Notes under the pieces: generated by a model
Seen by the model: only the letters and a program-made list of their open reading frames with translations
Database searches by the model: none
What the model was told of the DNA's origin: nothing
Source of the DNA: Bugula neritina
Taxonomy: Eukaryota > Animalia > Bryozoa
Assembly: GCA_964035545.1 (NCBI GenBank)
Contig: OZ037765.1
Span: 29,635,504 to 29,699,503, forward strand
Direction: 5' to 3'
Length of the DNA stretch: 64,000 bases
Translations under genes and position numbers: made by a program
Shown: positions 47,990-60,117 of the stretch, one piece after another
How the letters are laid out: each line of letters starts with the position of its first letter
How positions within the stretch are numbered: the first letter of the stretch is position 1

Positions 47990-50900
47990 CACGGTTCTTG
48001 TTCGTTCCCCAAAAACTGGATTGAAGACAAACTGACACAATATTACAACTATGGCGTGGTGTAAGTGTATCGAATTATTGACTTTATTCTACAGTTTAAC
48101 AACAACCGCCAGTCTTATTAACAAAAGACAGTCATAAAAATATTAAAAAGTTTTGGAAGATGTCAACAGATGATAATGAGCAACAAAAGATAATAAAAAA
48201 TATAATACCTGACCTTGGTATAGCGTAATATAATGTGTGTATATTATAGAAATTACATGCTGATGTGTATTTAAACTATTTCTATAGCCTGGGTTATCCC
48301 TTTTGTCAAAAAAAACTAAACTTAATTGAAAAACAACAATTTGTAAAGTTACCTAATTTTAACATAATTGTATTGAAGCGCCAATATGGTTATTATGAAA
48401 ATATAAGAATAGTAACAATAATGTATTAAATGTAAAAATGCAATATATATTAAAATATTAATTTTGATTGATGAGGGAGAAACCTTTCTTGATCAGGATT
48501 CTGGCAAGAAGCATATTTATATTCATATCACACTAACCCTCCAGACTGATTCACCCCAACCTTGTTGTCAATACTGCAATTAGAGTATATTATAACAGTA
48601 AATTTCATATTGTGGATATAAAATACACACATATGTATATACAAACATTAGTGCCTATAGTATTGTTCTGCTAAAAAACCCAATAGGGATATAATTGTAG
48701 ATGTTAAGTCAACTTTCTCTTGCAATGAGTACTCAATCATGTTGCACATCTTACTTCTTGTATTTCTATTTAAAACGGAAGCCATTTGTGTGAGTTGCAA
48801 ATTTTACAGGAGACCAGTATAGTGCAAGGTTTTCATAATTATGTAGATATGCAACTGAGCTCTATGTTTTGCAGATACTGTGGTCTCATTTCCAGTTAAA
48901 CAAAATATTAGGAAATTGAACAACAACAAATAAATCTATCAATCACTTCAGATTATTATTCCTATCTAGGTTTTATTAATACTCTTTTGACGACATGTTC
49001 CATTTGGACTCCTTATGAAGCACCTATTATCATTGTAGAAAAAACTAAAAGTGAAGTTCCGTAACATGGCAACTTCAAATAATTGCATACTTTGATATTT
49101 AAGGGACAATGTTTAGTAAAATCCATGAAAACAACTGAAATATCCCATGATTTATTGGCACTTCACAATAATTGCTATCTATAATTGTGTATATTTTAAC
49201 TTAAACTATAAGTTGACAGCAGAAAAAGGTAGAGTGATTAGAGATATAATTACTTGAGTTGTGGAGGTATTGTTTGTATGATTGTCAACTTGTCGCTTTG
49301 ATTGCCTGCATTCTGGAGGAAGCACAGCTTCAACAGAGCCGGTTGAATCGGGCAAGGAAATTCTCTTCTGGCTGTACGTATGTTTGATGCCAACGGCTGC
49401 CTTTCGTAGCTTGCTGACTAGACCCCCTGCACCTGCACTCCTACTGCTAGAGGACGAAGGGGGAGAGTCGACGACGGCATTCCGTGACTTACTTGGTTTT
49501 TTACTTTTATGAATTACGGAAGCTTGCTGTAGAAGTAACCAGAAAACAAACTCTTTAATTGACAAAAGGAAGTGAATACAGAAACTAATTTATTCATATT
49601 TAAATGGCTTAACCACAAGACTTCAGCTGATATATTTAAATTTTATAATTAGTTCCGCGTGCAAGAGTCCATTGATGGTTTCCACCTGCACACAGTGTCA
49701 TTTCAAGTGGCAGTTGTGTATACATAGACAGTAGCTATTGTGCACAGTGATGCATGACATGCACAAGATAATGAGGCAGTACAAGTATGATAATGTGAGC
49801 TACATGATTACATGAATGCCTTATAATATATACATGGTTGATATAAATAGCCATTTATGTACACAGAACATAGACAAATTTATATAACGTAAATTTGTTT
49901 CTTATGTAAATATACATTGTACCATGCATATATATTCCACAACTACACAACCAACACATCATCTTCACCCTGTTTTTATGTCGTAATTAATTAGTCCTCC
50001 AAAATTCGATGAATCAAATGCGACAAAAGTTGACCAGCACACGAAGTTCCTGTAGCAGATTTGTGGCCATCTTGTGCATAGCTGTGCCATCATCAAGATT
50101 ATTACACGTGTGACACTCACACACTAAGAATTACAGAATGATGTGAGAAATGATTTCATTCTATCTCAATGTTGAAAATAAAATCGAACAAGTAGCAACA
50201 GTTTTACCTTTTTACTTAAAACGTTAACAATATCTTGCGGTTGAATGAATATGCCTCGGCCATTGGGACAGCTAAAATACCGCTTGCCATTCCACGTTCC
50301 ATCCAGGCCACCAGAAACTGTAGAGCCAAACAGAATGTGAAGCTATATATGAACAGCAAATCTTGTACGAGAACTTTTTTATGGCAAGTTGGCATTTGAA
50401 AAATTCTGGTAGGATAAAAGGTACTTCACTAATCACTTCAAATCAAACATTCTCAAAGAGTATTCTAGGTAGGGTATGACTAATTACTAAACTATGCACG
50501 TACAATCTCTAAATTCACTTCTGTAACCTGCATTACCTCGATCTGCCAGCTGTACGCCAACAAAGAGACAGGTGGGGGCAAACCCGTCAAGATGTCCAAT
50601 ATACCGGACTGTGCCGCAGTGGTTGCTGAACGTTAGTATACTATCACCCAGATTCACTAGCATGTTATCACTGCAATCAAAATATCTGCCACGTGAATAA
50701 CACAGCACACAGATAGGCAGCTGGAAGAAAGACTATTCAAGTTTTCAACGACCAAGCAAGCAAATGTTGCTGACTATTTATTACAGTACAACAGTTTTGG
50801 GAACGAAACATAATCATATCTATGTAGGTAATTTAGGACAAAAAAAGCAACAGCAGTTTACTATAGTAAAAGTCATCAGACTGTTTTGTGGGAAATCAAA

Positions 50901-53900
50901 GCACAATTCATAAACAAACATGAGGAGAGAGTTCTTAGAGCTGTGTTTTAGACCAAATAAAAACTTTCTAAAATCAATGTTCTCAGTACCCTGAACAGGA
51001 TCAGTTGGTAGTGTTTTGATGTATAACTGGAGGTTTGAAAATAATTTTAAATGTGGCAAAAACAGTTCTCTAGTTTAAAGAAAACACTGTGACCATCATG
51101 CTAAACAGATACATTACAGTTGGGCTACAGAAAATCCCTAAATGTTGGTGCTAATGAAAATCCTTATATACCATTATTACACATTAGATGAATATATTTT
51201 GTTTGAACAAAGTTATTTGAGTTATGATATACCTTGTACAGAGTGTAATGGCGTCATGTTTATACAGGTGAGGTGCAACAGTGCCGTTCAATTTGGAAGC
51301 TTTCTGTACCTCAGAGCACACATGGCAAGATGAAAGATTGGCCGTGAGAGGAAGTTCACTAGGAAATACACCACACACTCAGCACACAATGTAACATGTA
51401 CAACTATAACATATGCATGTAGGTATGACGTCCTGTGCCAGTTGGACCACTAAGCACTAAGAATACATGAGCTCTGTCACAGAGGTGTTGCTGAGTGGAA
51501 ACCCATGACAAACTGATAGATTAAATCATCATTAGCTAAACTTCCTTGAAGTTTCATACTATTAAAATGAATAGTAACGAAGCCACATTTATCACCCACC
51601 GGAGTCCTAAAACTTCAATAATAACTTCAGTGTTTAGACTACACTGACAACCTAACTAGTACAAAAGATGGATATTTTAACTGCACCGTGCCGAACAACA
51701 AACCTGGTTACCAAGGCAACTGAAACACTGACCAACAGTGGTACACACTGGGAACTGATAGATTGTGACTCAAACAGAGAGATATTGTGATTTACCTGTC
51801 TGCAGGTAACAACTGGTGAGTTGGCAGTAAGTCGGGAGCAACATTCATGCCTCTACTTCTCTGGTGGCTAGTGACATCACTTCCTTCGTGACTGCAGCTC
51901 TTACAGAAGGCTCGCTGAAATACCAGAGAAAAGGCATTTTGTTAGCCAATAAAATCATCGCATGCGCTTGTTTGCACAAAAGTGGAGCAATTATGACTAG
52001 TAAGAATGGCTTACTACTAAACATATATATGTATTCTCACTACACTTCCCACATAACATACCACTTCCCAGAATAACATTGATATGACATTTTAAATTAT
52101 GGTAATCAGGGCATGGTGTTATGTTTAATCATTCCTACAACATATTTATAATAAATATACATTAAATTTGAGATGATAAGAGCAGTTGCACAGCTATTAG
52201 TGCCTAGCCATACATAAACACTTCTACATGTCAAGTGTGAAATTTAAATTGCATTTATCTATAACCTGCTCCCACATAATGGAAAAAGAAGGTATAAATA
52301 ACCTGCCTGATGTAAAACTGCCCACAAAACTAAAGGAAATTGATAAATCTTATAAAACATATTTTAAATGAAACTCACGAAATCTCGAACTTCCTTCTGC
52401 AACTTCTCGACAGTTGCACGAGCAGCGAGTAGCTCTTCTGTAAGTTTACTGTTGGACAGAACAGCTACAAGGTACGTGTAGATATATGTAAGTACAAGGT
52501 ATGTGTAGATATATGTAAGTACAAGGTATGTGTAGATATATGTAAGTACAAGGTACGTGTAGATATATGTAAGTACAAGGTATGTGTAGATATATGTAAG
52601 TACAAGGTATGTGTAGATATATGTAAGTACAAGGTATGTGTAGATATATGTAAGTACAAGGTATGTGTAGATATATGTAAGTACAAGGTATGTGTAGTTA
52701 TATGTAAGTACAAGGTATGTGTAGATATATGTAAGTACAAGGTATGTGTAGATATATGTAAGTACAAGGTATGTGTAGATATATGTAAGTACAAGGTATG
52801 TGTAGATATATGTAAGTACAAGGTATGTGTAGATATATGTAAGTACAAGGTATGTGTAGATATATGTAAGTACAAGGTATGTGTAGATATATGTAAGTAC
52901 AAGGTATGTGTAGATATATGTAAGTACAGGGTATGTGTAGATATATGTAAGTACAAGGTATGTGTAGATATATGTACATATGTAGATACAATGTATATAG
53001 AATATTTATGTAAGTACAATGTACATGTGAATACAATTACATGTAATGCAGAGCATTACCAGCGGCTCCTTGGAAGTAAAAGAGTCGTGACAATTAGTTT
53101 GTTTGGCCAATAAACTACATCAACTCAATTAATGTTCAGTTTTGGCAACTAATAGAAGTTAAGAATTAACGAGAGAGCTTTGATGTTAAAATGTCCTCAT
53201 AACGTTATTTGGCCACATACTTTTCTGTGAAACATAAAATAAAATTGTTAATAAAATGTTGAGTAAGGAGACATTACTGTGGAAATGTTATGCTACAGTG
53301 GTGATTTGAGATATCATTAATGGTGATCAAAAGAGTTGATAAATGGCGTTAGTCTGTGATGAAGGATACAGCTGGAAGATTAAATACCCACGTACTTTCA
53401 TTTAACTGCCTTGACATACTGGCTATACACACCAGAGACTGTCTATCATTCCAAGTAGCCATTTCTAGTGACCTACAGCAACACAGCCAATAAGAGAGAT
53501 ATTTTACGCGCTGATAGAATTTGACCTCTCAACACCCTGACCAGAACATGCACAAAAATTGATTTAACTAATTTTAAAAATTATCAAAACTACAAACTTG
53601 TAGAAGTGAGTTGTGAATATTGACAGTAGACATTGTTACAAATTTTGTATCATTTAGCATAGAAAAAAATCAATATGTGGTTCAGTTAAACTTTGCAGTG
53701 TAGAAGATACCTGTAGTCTGCGTTTCAACAAATATCAACTTCAAGCTACAAACCTTCCACTCATAACAATAAATAATTAAAAGGGTTTCGCTAAAACATA
53801 TTTACGAGTTGCCAACCCTCACATGTTTACCTATTAGAGCTTCTTTCACTGGAGCTGAGGCTAGACGTCCGGTGGTGGTGTCGCTGGGCCCAACCTTGCT

Positions 53901-56900
53901 CTTCTGAACAGTTAGTGGAGACTGGGGCAACATGAACCTCCGCTTCCACCACAGTGCTACCAGCTGTCGGCAATGGAGCTAAGTCTGAGTTGGGAACATT
54001 CGACGACGCTGTCTTGCTATTCATTGACGATTCGAGTCTATTAGTAGCATCCATAGATTGGCATGATGTGGTGTTACTACATAGAACTGGTTGCTGTGCT
54101 GATAAAGAGGTGGAGAGAACAGGGGGGTGTGACAAAGGGGTGGAGAGAGTAGAAGGGTGGTGCTTTGATGCTTCTCCCTCATCAGATGAATAAGAGTTAG
54201 CTTCACTCAAACAGTCATTCACCGCTGTGTTGTTTGCGTTAGACGAGTGAAGACATTGGCAGCTTTGTACAGATCCATTGCCTCGATCCTAAAGATATGA
54301 TTCCATTGAGTTACAATTGGAAGTTTACAGCTATCTAAATAACTATGCAGAGCACTGTAACTAGAAGAAGTCTGTAGGGTGGATTTGCACCTCTATTGAC
54401 TTGTAGAGTCCACTTTAACTCCCTAGTGTTATGTACTGGCCACAAACAGTCCCACGCAAGAGCTTACATGTGTACACACTCTGCTCACACATGACACACA
54501 AAATTAAAATGCTATAGCCATGACTTGTATAGTGTTAGCAGATAGTATTATGCACATTACATGGCCATGATGGTTGAACTTAAAATTTTGTTGGAATTCA
54601 TCGATAAAAACAAACTTAATAATTAAGCATTATACAGAGTAACTAACTTTAGAAAAGGAGTCAGTGAGCTCTTCGTGCTTTGACCTGGTCACTGTAGATC
54701 CTGACAGGCTCTCCTGTCCATCACTGAGAAGTTTTAGCAAATTGTTTTCTTTTGACAGTTGTACAATTTTGTCTTCCAAGCTGTAAGTAAGAACTTTTAA
54801 ATGTAACCAATTGTTCAGATTTAGAATAAAATGAACCAAATAGTTAAAGAAGTAGAGCTTACTTTCGTTTAGTGCGAAGTAGGTTTGCCACGTCCGCACA
54901 CAAAGGTACGATCCCTTTTCGAGTACTGTTTACAACGAAAGCAACAGCTTTAGCAGCTACTTCTTTGTCGCCAATTGCAGATGCAAAGTCACTTTCAGAT
55001 CCTAAAAGCAATGACATGACTGCTATAAGTGGAGCCATAGTCGTGGCAGTTATTCAATGTTTTTTGTGAAGAATAGAATTTCACTAAACTACATTGTCCA
55101 TTCAAATGCTATAAAAAAGTTGATATTAATTATTTTTAAAATAAATAGTGGCTTATACCTATACATCATAATGCTAGCAATATAGAGCCAAAAAAATTAA
55201 AAACAAATTATAATATAAAGTTTACTTTCTGTGCTGCAAAAAGTGTGACCAGCTGATTGTGAACATATCATTCTTTACTTAGAGATGGTGAGCAGCAGTC
55301 ACTTATCCAGATAACAGAGAAGAATATGCTCAGTAGAAAGTTGTCTTTTGAAATGAGCTATGGTACAATTGTCACAGAAACTTATACACAACAACTAATC
55401 CTTTAATCACATTAGTGGAATATAAATCCTGATAATAATAAACTGTTTAGTTCCAAGTAATATTAATTTATTTCTACTACATAATTAATCTACACAAGAA
55501 GATAAAAGTGGCGAGAAACTCTTTATGTGCTATAATTATGGTTGTATAGTATAAACCAGCACCATAATGACAATATTTGAGTTAAATAGCTCAAGGCTAT
55601 AATCCCTATTTTCAAAAATGTGAAAACGTGTCGTGTCGCATTGAACTACTGTTAGTATTTATTAGCATGTTATTAACAACACTAATTTATTGCCATATTT
55701 TATGGTAATTAATTAAGCTTGTTTTTAAAGAGTTAGAGTGATAAACGTTACCCAAACTATAAGCACATACAAAAAATTCGGGATAAATCGCTATAGCTGT
55801 TATGTTCAACTGTTCAGAGACATTGTGAAACTTATAATACCATATAAACTATATATAGATTGTCTTAGGAGTTGCATATGTACAGCTAACCAACTGTCAC
55901 TAGATGGTAACATTCTTTTCATAAAGAGTTGATTATGACTTCCATTTCACAAGATACTTTGTATTTTAGAATGCCTGTTAGACTGTTATACAAACTATTC
56001 CTAGTTATTTTTTGCATAGGCTCTTGAGTGAAACAAGAAGTTATTAATGTTAAATACCAGTTGTACTCAGATGAGCAAAAAAATAAATTCAAAATTAAAT
56101 TGACAGTAATTCATAATTCCTCAGATGAAAGTCAACAATAATCTTAGCAATGACAAGTTGAACTGCAAGTTCAGGTTTTTGTTTTGCTTTTACATCAAAA
56201 TGAAAAGCGCATGACTATTTAAAAATATTTTTAATTAGAAAAGGCTCGTTATAAAGTTCACACATCCTGCTAGGAGAACATATACTTATTTTCTATTCAG
56301 TCTATTATAATCACGAGCATGAAAGTCATTTTTCTCATCAATGAAAAAATTATGTAAAGTAGCTTGACTCAAAAGAACTGCTGTTCAATGTCTAAACTTG
56401 CTAAATTGCATATATTTTCACACTTGCGATATAGAGATGAGCTTAAGAACCGACAAATGACTAGTTTCAAAAACCTGTAACAATATTGTGATAAAATAAA
56501 TGGTTTCGACAAAAGCAATGACCATGATGTAAATTTTGTTAGATTGTGGGTTAAACCTTTAAATACATAAATTTCAACAAATAAAATATTTATCAAAACT
56601 GAAAAAAATTACAACCTGCAGATCCAAATGTGGATATAAGCTTATTTTTTCTCGTAATGACATTACATTTAAAATTGGCATTTAAAACATAATTTTTATA
56701 CAAAAAAAATTGTGGTAATGACTCACACCACGTATCTAATTAAAATAACAATAAGTCAACTAATTATTATTTGGCTAAACAAGTAAATAGAATAAAAAGC
56801 TTGTCAAGTGTACACAAAAACTCAAAACCTGAAACTAATTTTGGGGATAAATCGTAACAATGACCTGGTGATTTACCAATACCAATACTTACATTTAGGC

Positions 56901-58034
56901 TTTAGTTTTAGTTTTAACTCATCATCATCAAAAGTGGAGCTTTACAATCAACTTCTTATTTTACTTTTTACTAGATTATAAGTTTATTATTAAATTTTAG
57001 CTAAAGAGTGTAAAAGCTAAAACCAAACTTTTAGTTGTTGTTAACCTTCACAGTTTAAAATTTGATTTAGGTCTCAGTCTGGTTTAATTCTAATTACTAT
57101 TATACATTCGTATCCATGCTGAAAACAAAATTGAATACCAATATATAATAATTTTAAAACAAAATAAAAAATATACATATTAATAACATAATTTTATTAT
57201 CATTAATATATCAATGTTATTATATTACTACTACTATTACAGCACTCGTATTAGAAATTCCAATAGATGATTATATAATAGTAAATCACTAATGACTAAA
57301 AGTAACTAGCCTTAGATATTTAAAGTCACTGTTAGTGTTATTGCTACTCCAACTATTACTAGAATAATCATAGTCATACTCATAACGGTATTCCATATCT
57401 TATCAATTCAATTTATTACTCACTCTCAGAGACCAGGCCTAAAGTTAGAATTAGATTCAGACTCAGACTGTTACTAATTCAAATTATATTTAGTAATAAT
57501 CATTATACTATTTATATCAAGAATAAGTTTACATTCATGATTCATTTTCTTATAGTTAACGTTATAATTATGTAATAAATCGTGAAGTAGACGTAGTGCT
57601 TATTAATTAATAGTAATAATCATTATTAATATTATAATTATTAAATTTAATAAAAAACTAAATAAATCATAGCTTTAAAGTTTAACTTATATTATTATTA
57701 ATTATTATTATAATAAATATAAGTTATGGCTCACCCTGAGTCTAAGCCTAGGGTTAGTGTAAGTATCACTATTAGTATCAGATTCAGTGTAAATAAAATC
57801 CTACAGTTATAATTAATCTTACATTTTCATTACTTTTACTTTTAGTTTTACTCTTAGTTTTAGACTTATACTTTTACTTTTAGTTTTAGTTTTACGGCCT
57901 TAGGGCTAGGCCTTACCTATATTTAGACCTCCAGTGGAACTGTAATTAGAATTCCATAATTTAACCCAAGCTGGTGATTCTTTGTCAGAAAAACTTAATG
58001 AATTTTCTGAGCTACGACTTTCCATTCTAAGCAT
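47990..58034 (-). CDS. Uncharacterised coiled-coil / Ser-rich protein with one CAP-Gly domain. Proposed exons 58034-57917, 55001-54863, 54780-54648, 54288-53831, 53472-53392, 52448-52379, 51914-51796, 51358-51233, 50670-50537, 50317-50208, 49526-49254, then small uncertain 3' exons to about 47990
   Basis: Phase-compatible GT-AG chain. CAP-Gly: LGDSIL...[11 protein letters not shown]...FVGVQLADR|[27 protein letters not shown]. Heptad segments [18 protein letters not shown] and [20 protein letters not shown]. First exon and 3' end are tentative. Confidence 0.7.
52466..52976. repeat. 27-bp minisatellite, 19 near-identical copies (TACAAGGTATGTGTAGATATATGTAAG)
   Basis: Directly visible, intronic, no spacers. 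Confidence 0.98.
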
Positions 58035-59263
58035 CTTTACCAATTTTCACATATTCGCAGCTACATCCAAATTTCTCAATACAACTGTAACGGTTTGCCA
58101 TTTTGCAATCTAACACAAGTTCTGCAAAACTAGATCTAGTAGTTTGAGGAGTCGGCGTATGAAAAAACATTAAAGCTAGGATTTGCAGGCTAAGTAATCT
58201 CAAACATTTTATTGCAATTTCAACATTGTTACTATTTTATTGTTAGTGCGATATTTTTCAGAAGTTATTACAAAAAATTAAATTTAAAGAAACCATAAAT
58301 AATTGAACTTTAGTAGTTAAAACAAATGCAATAAAAAATTTGCTTCCTTGAAACAAACATTATGGTTTCGAGATAATAAAAGAACATGAAATAGAACACA
58401 ACTACCAGGTAAATATTATACTCAACCTTGGCATGCATGTAAAGCTATAACATGCAAAGCAAGTACTATAACTGCCTTTGAATATTTTAAACGATTTTTA
58501 AAATTGGGTGAACACAACCTTATGGTTACAGCTATTGGTGATGTAATACTTAGGTATAACTAAGTAAGTTGCAGAAAGATGAGTGTAGAATTATTTGCAC
58601 CTCTAGCAACACTACCAAAATAGACAAAATTGTTGGAGATTAGTTCATCTAAAAACACTGTTATATCTTAAAACCAATAGCTCTAGTCTGCCAAGAAAAG
58701 TCAGCGATAGCATAAGCAATTAGTCAAAAGCATAACTCCAGCATCAGTGTAGGTATCACATGTTAGAACGTGCTGTCCATGCATATGATGGTTTCTGCTG
58801 TTCCCTAAACCATGCATTTCTCAACTCTTCATTGACATTTGTCTATAGATTTTTAAAATACTAATGACTCAACTTTCAGCATGTTGTTTGTAAATAGTAT
58901 CCACTTGAATAAATTTAGCATTATAATACTAGTCAGCTTCTAAAACACGGGACAATAAAAGAAAAGTTGCTATTTCCCTCATGCATCTTCAATAATGTTA
59001 TGTATCTTCAATAATGCTTTCCACCATAATGTCTTGATAAATTCTATTATATGCAGAGCAATTTTTGTTTCTTTATATTATAATATTTAGATTTGATATA
59101 TTGTTTAATGAACTCACTATAATACATGTTATATTGTAACTGTAATATAATATGTATTAGAGTGAGTTTACACATACATTCCAGTATTATAAGGCGGTCA
59201 CTTTATGCTCAGCAATGAAATTCAGTGATTGCGTTCTTTACCAATGGTCATAAACTGAAGCTG

Positions 59264-59426
59264 TTAGCAATATGCAAGGCTCGTGACCCCTAAGTTTCTG
59301 GTTGAGTTTACAATGCACCCTTTAAATATGCTTTAGCAGAAAAACATAAGTTTCTTTTATTTGGAAGGTGTGGGCCATGGTACCATGTCCCGTGCTGATG
59401 AGGGGACAAATCCCAAAACAGCTGTC
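59264..59426 (+). mobile_element. Second, degenerate copy of the hammerhead-bearing repeat
   Basis: CTGATGA-GGGGACAAATCCC-AAAACAGCTGTC: core GAAA is changed to AAAA and the stem I 3' strand is lost. Stem III is palindromic (ACAGCTGT). Confidence 0.7.
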
Positions 59427-60117
59427 TGCTAATTTCCATGAAATGCATTTGAAGGCAAGAAATTTTATTATAAAATTGGCTTTAAATATTACAATTAACA
59501 TTCATTGAATATCAATAAATCAAATTTCTATACATGCACTAGTACTGTATAATGAAATTATCTTACCCTACAATAACTAATTCTCAAGCAAATTTTGTAT
59601 GTACAAATAAATTGTATGACTCAATTCTGGCCTGGTTAATGCATTTAAATAACAAAAAGTCTATAGTTCACCAAGAAAACTCAAATGCAGCAATAAAGCA
59701 AGAAAGTTACTTTCTACTTTTCAATCATTTTTAAAAACAAAATAAGATAATATTTTCTAGAAAACAACTTGTAAAGTTTAAAAAGAGGCCTAAGCCCACA
59801 AGTCATGAAAGATCTAAAGCATGCAATAGACAACAGCGTAATTTATGTGTCTCCGTCTATTGTGTTAAAATAATTGCTTCAATACAATTATAATTTAAAA
59901 TTTGTACACTATATACATGCACTTAACTATATATATAAGTATCTATCTTTTTATACAGAGTCTATTATCATAACAAATAGAAAACATAAGCTACTAAAAA
60001 TGGCACAGATTTTAAACGGCCTAATGTCAATATATACAAGTTTGCAAGACATTCATCTTCACACATTGTATAGTTGGCTACAATTTTGATTTATAAAAAT
60101 CACGGAGACTGACACAA

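Noticed and set aside
52465-53036. HISTHTLYL-repeat ORFs or CRISPR-like array
   Set aside because: Intronic 27-bp tandem repeat with no unique spacers, no cas genes, and a eukaryotic context.
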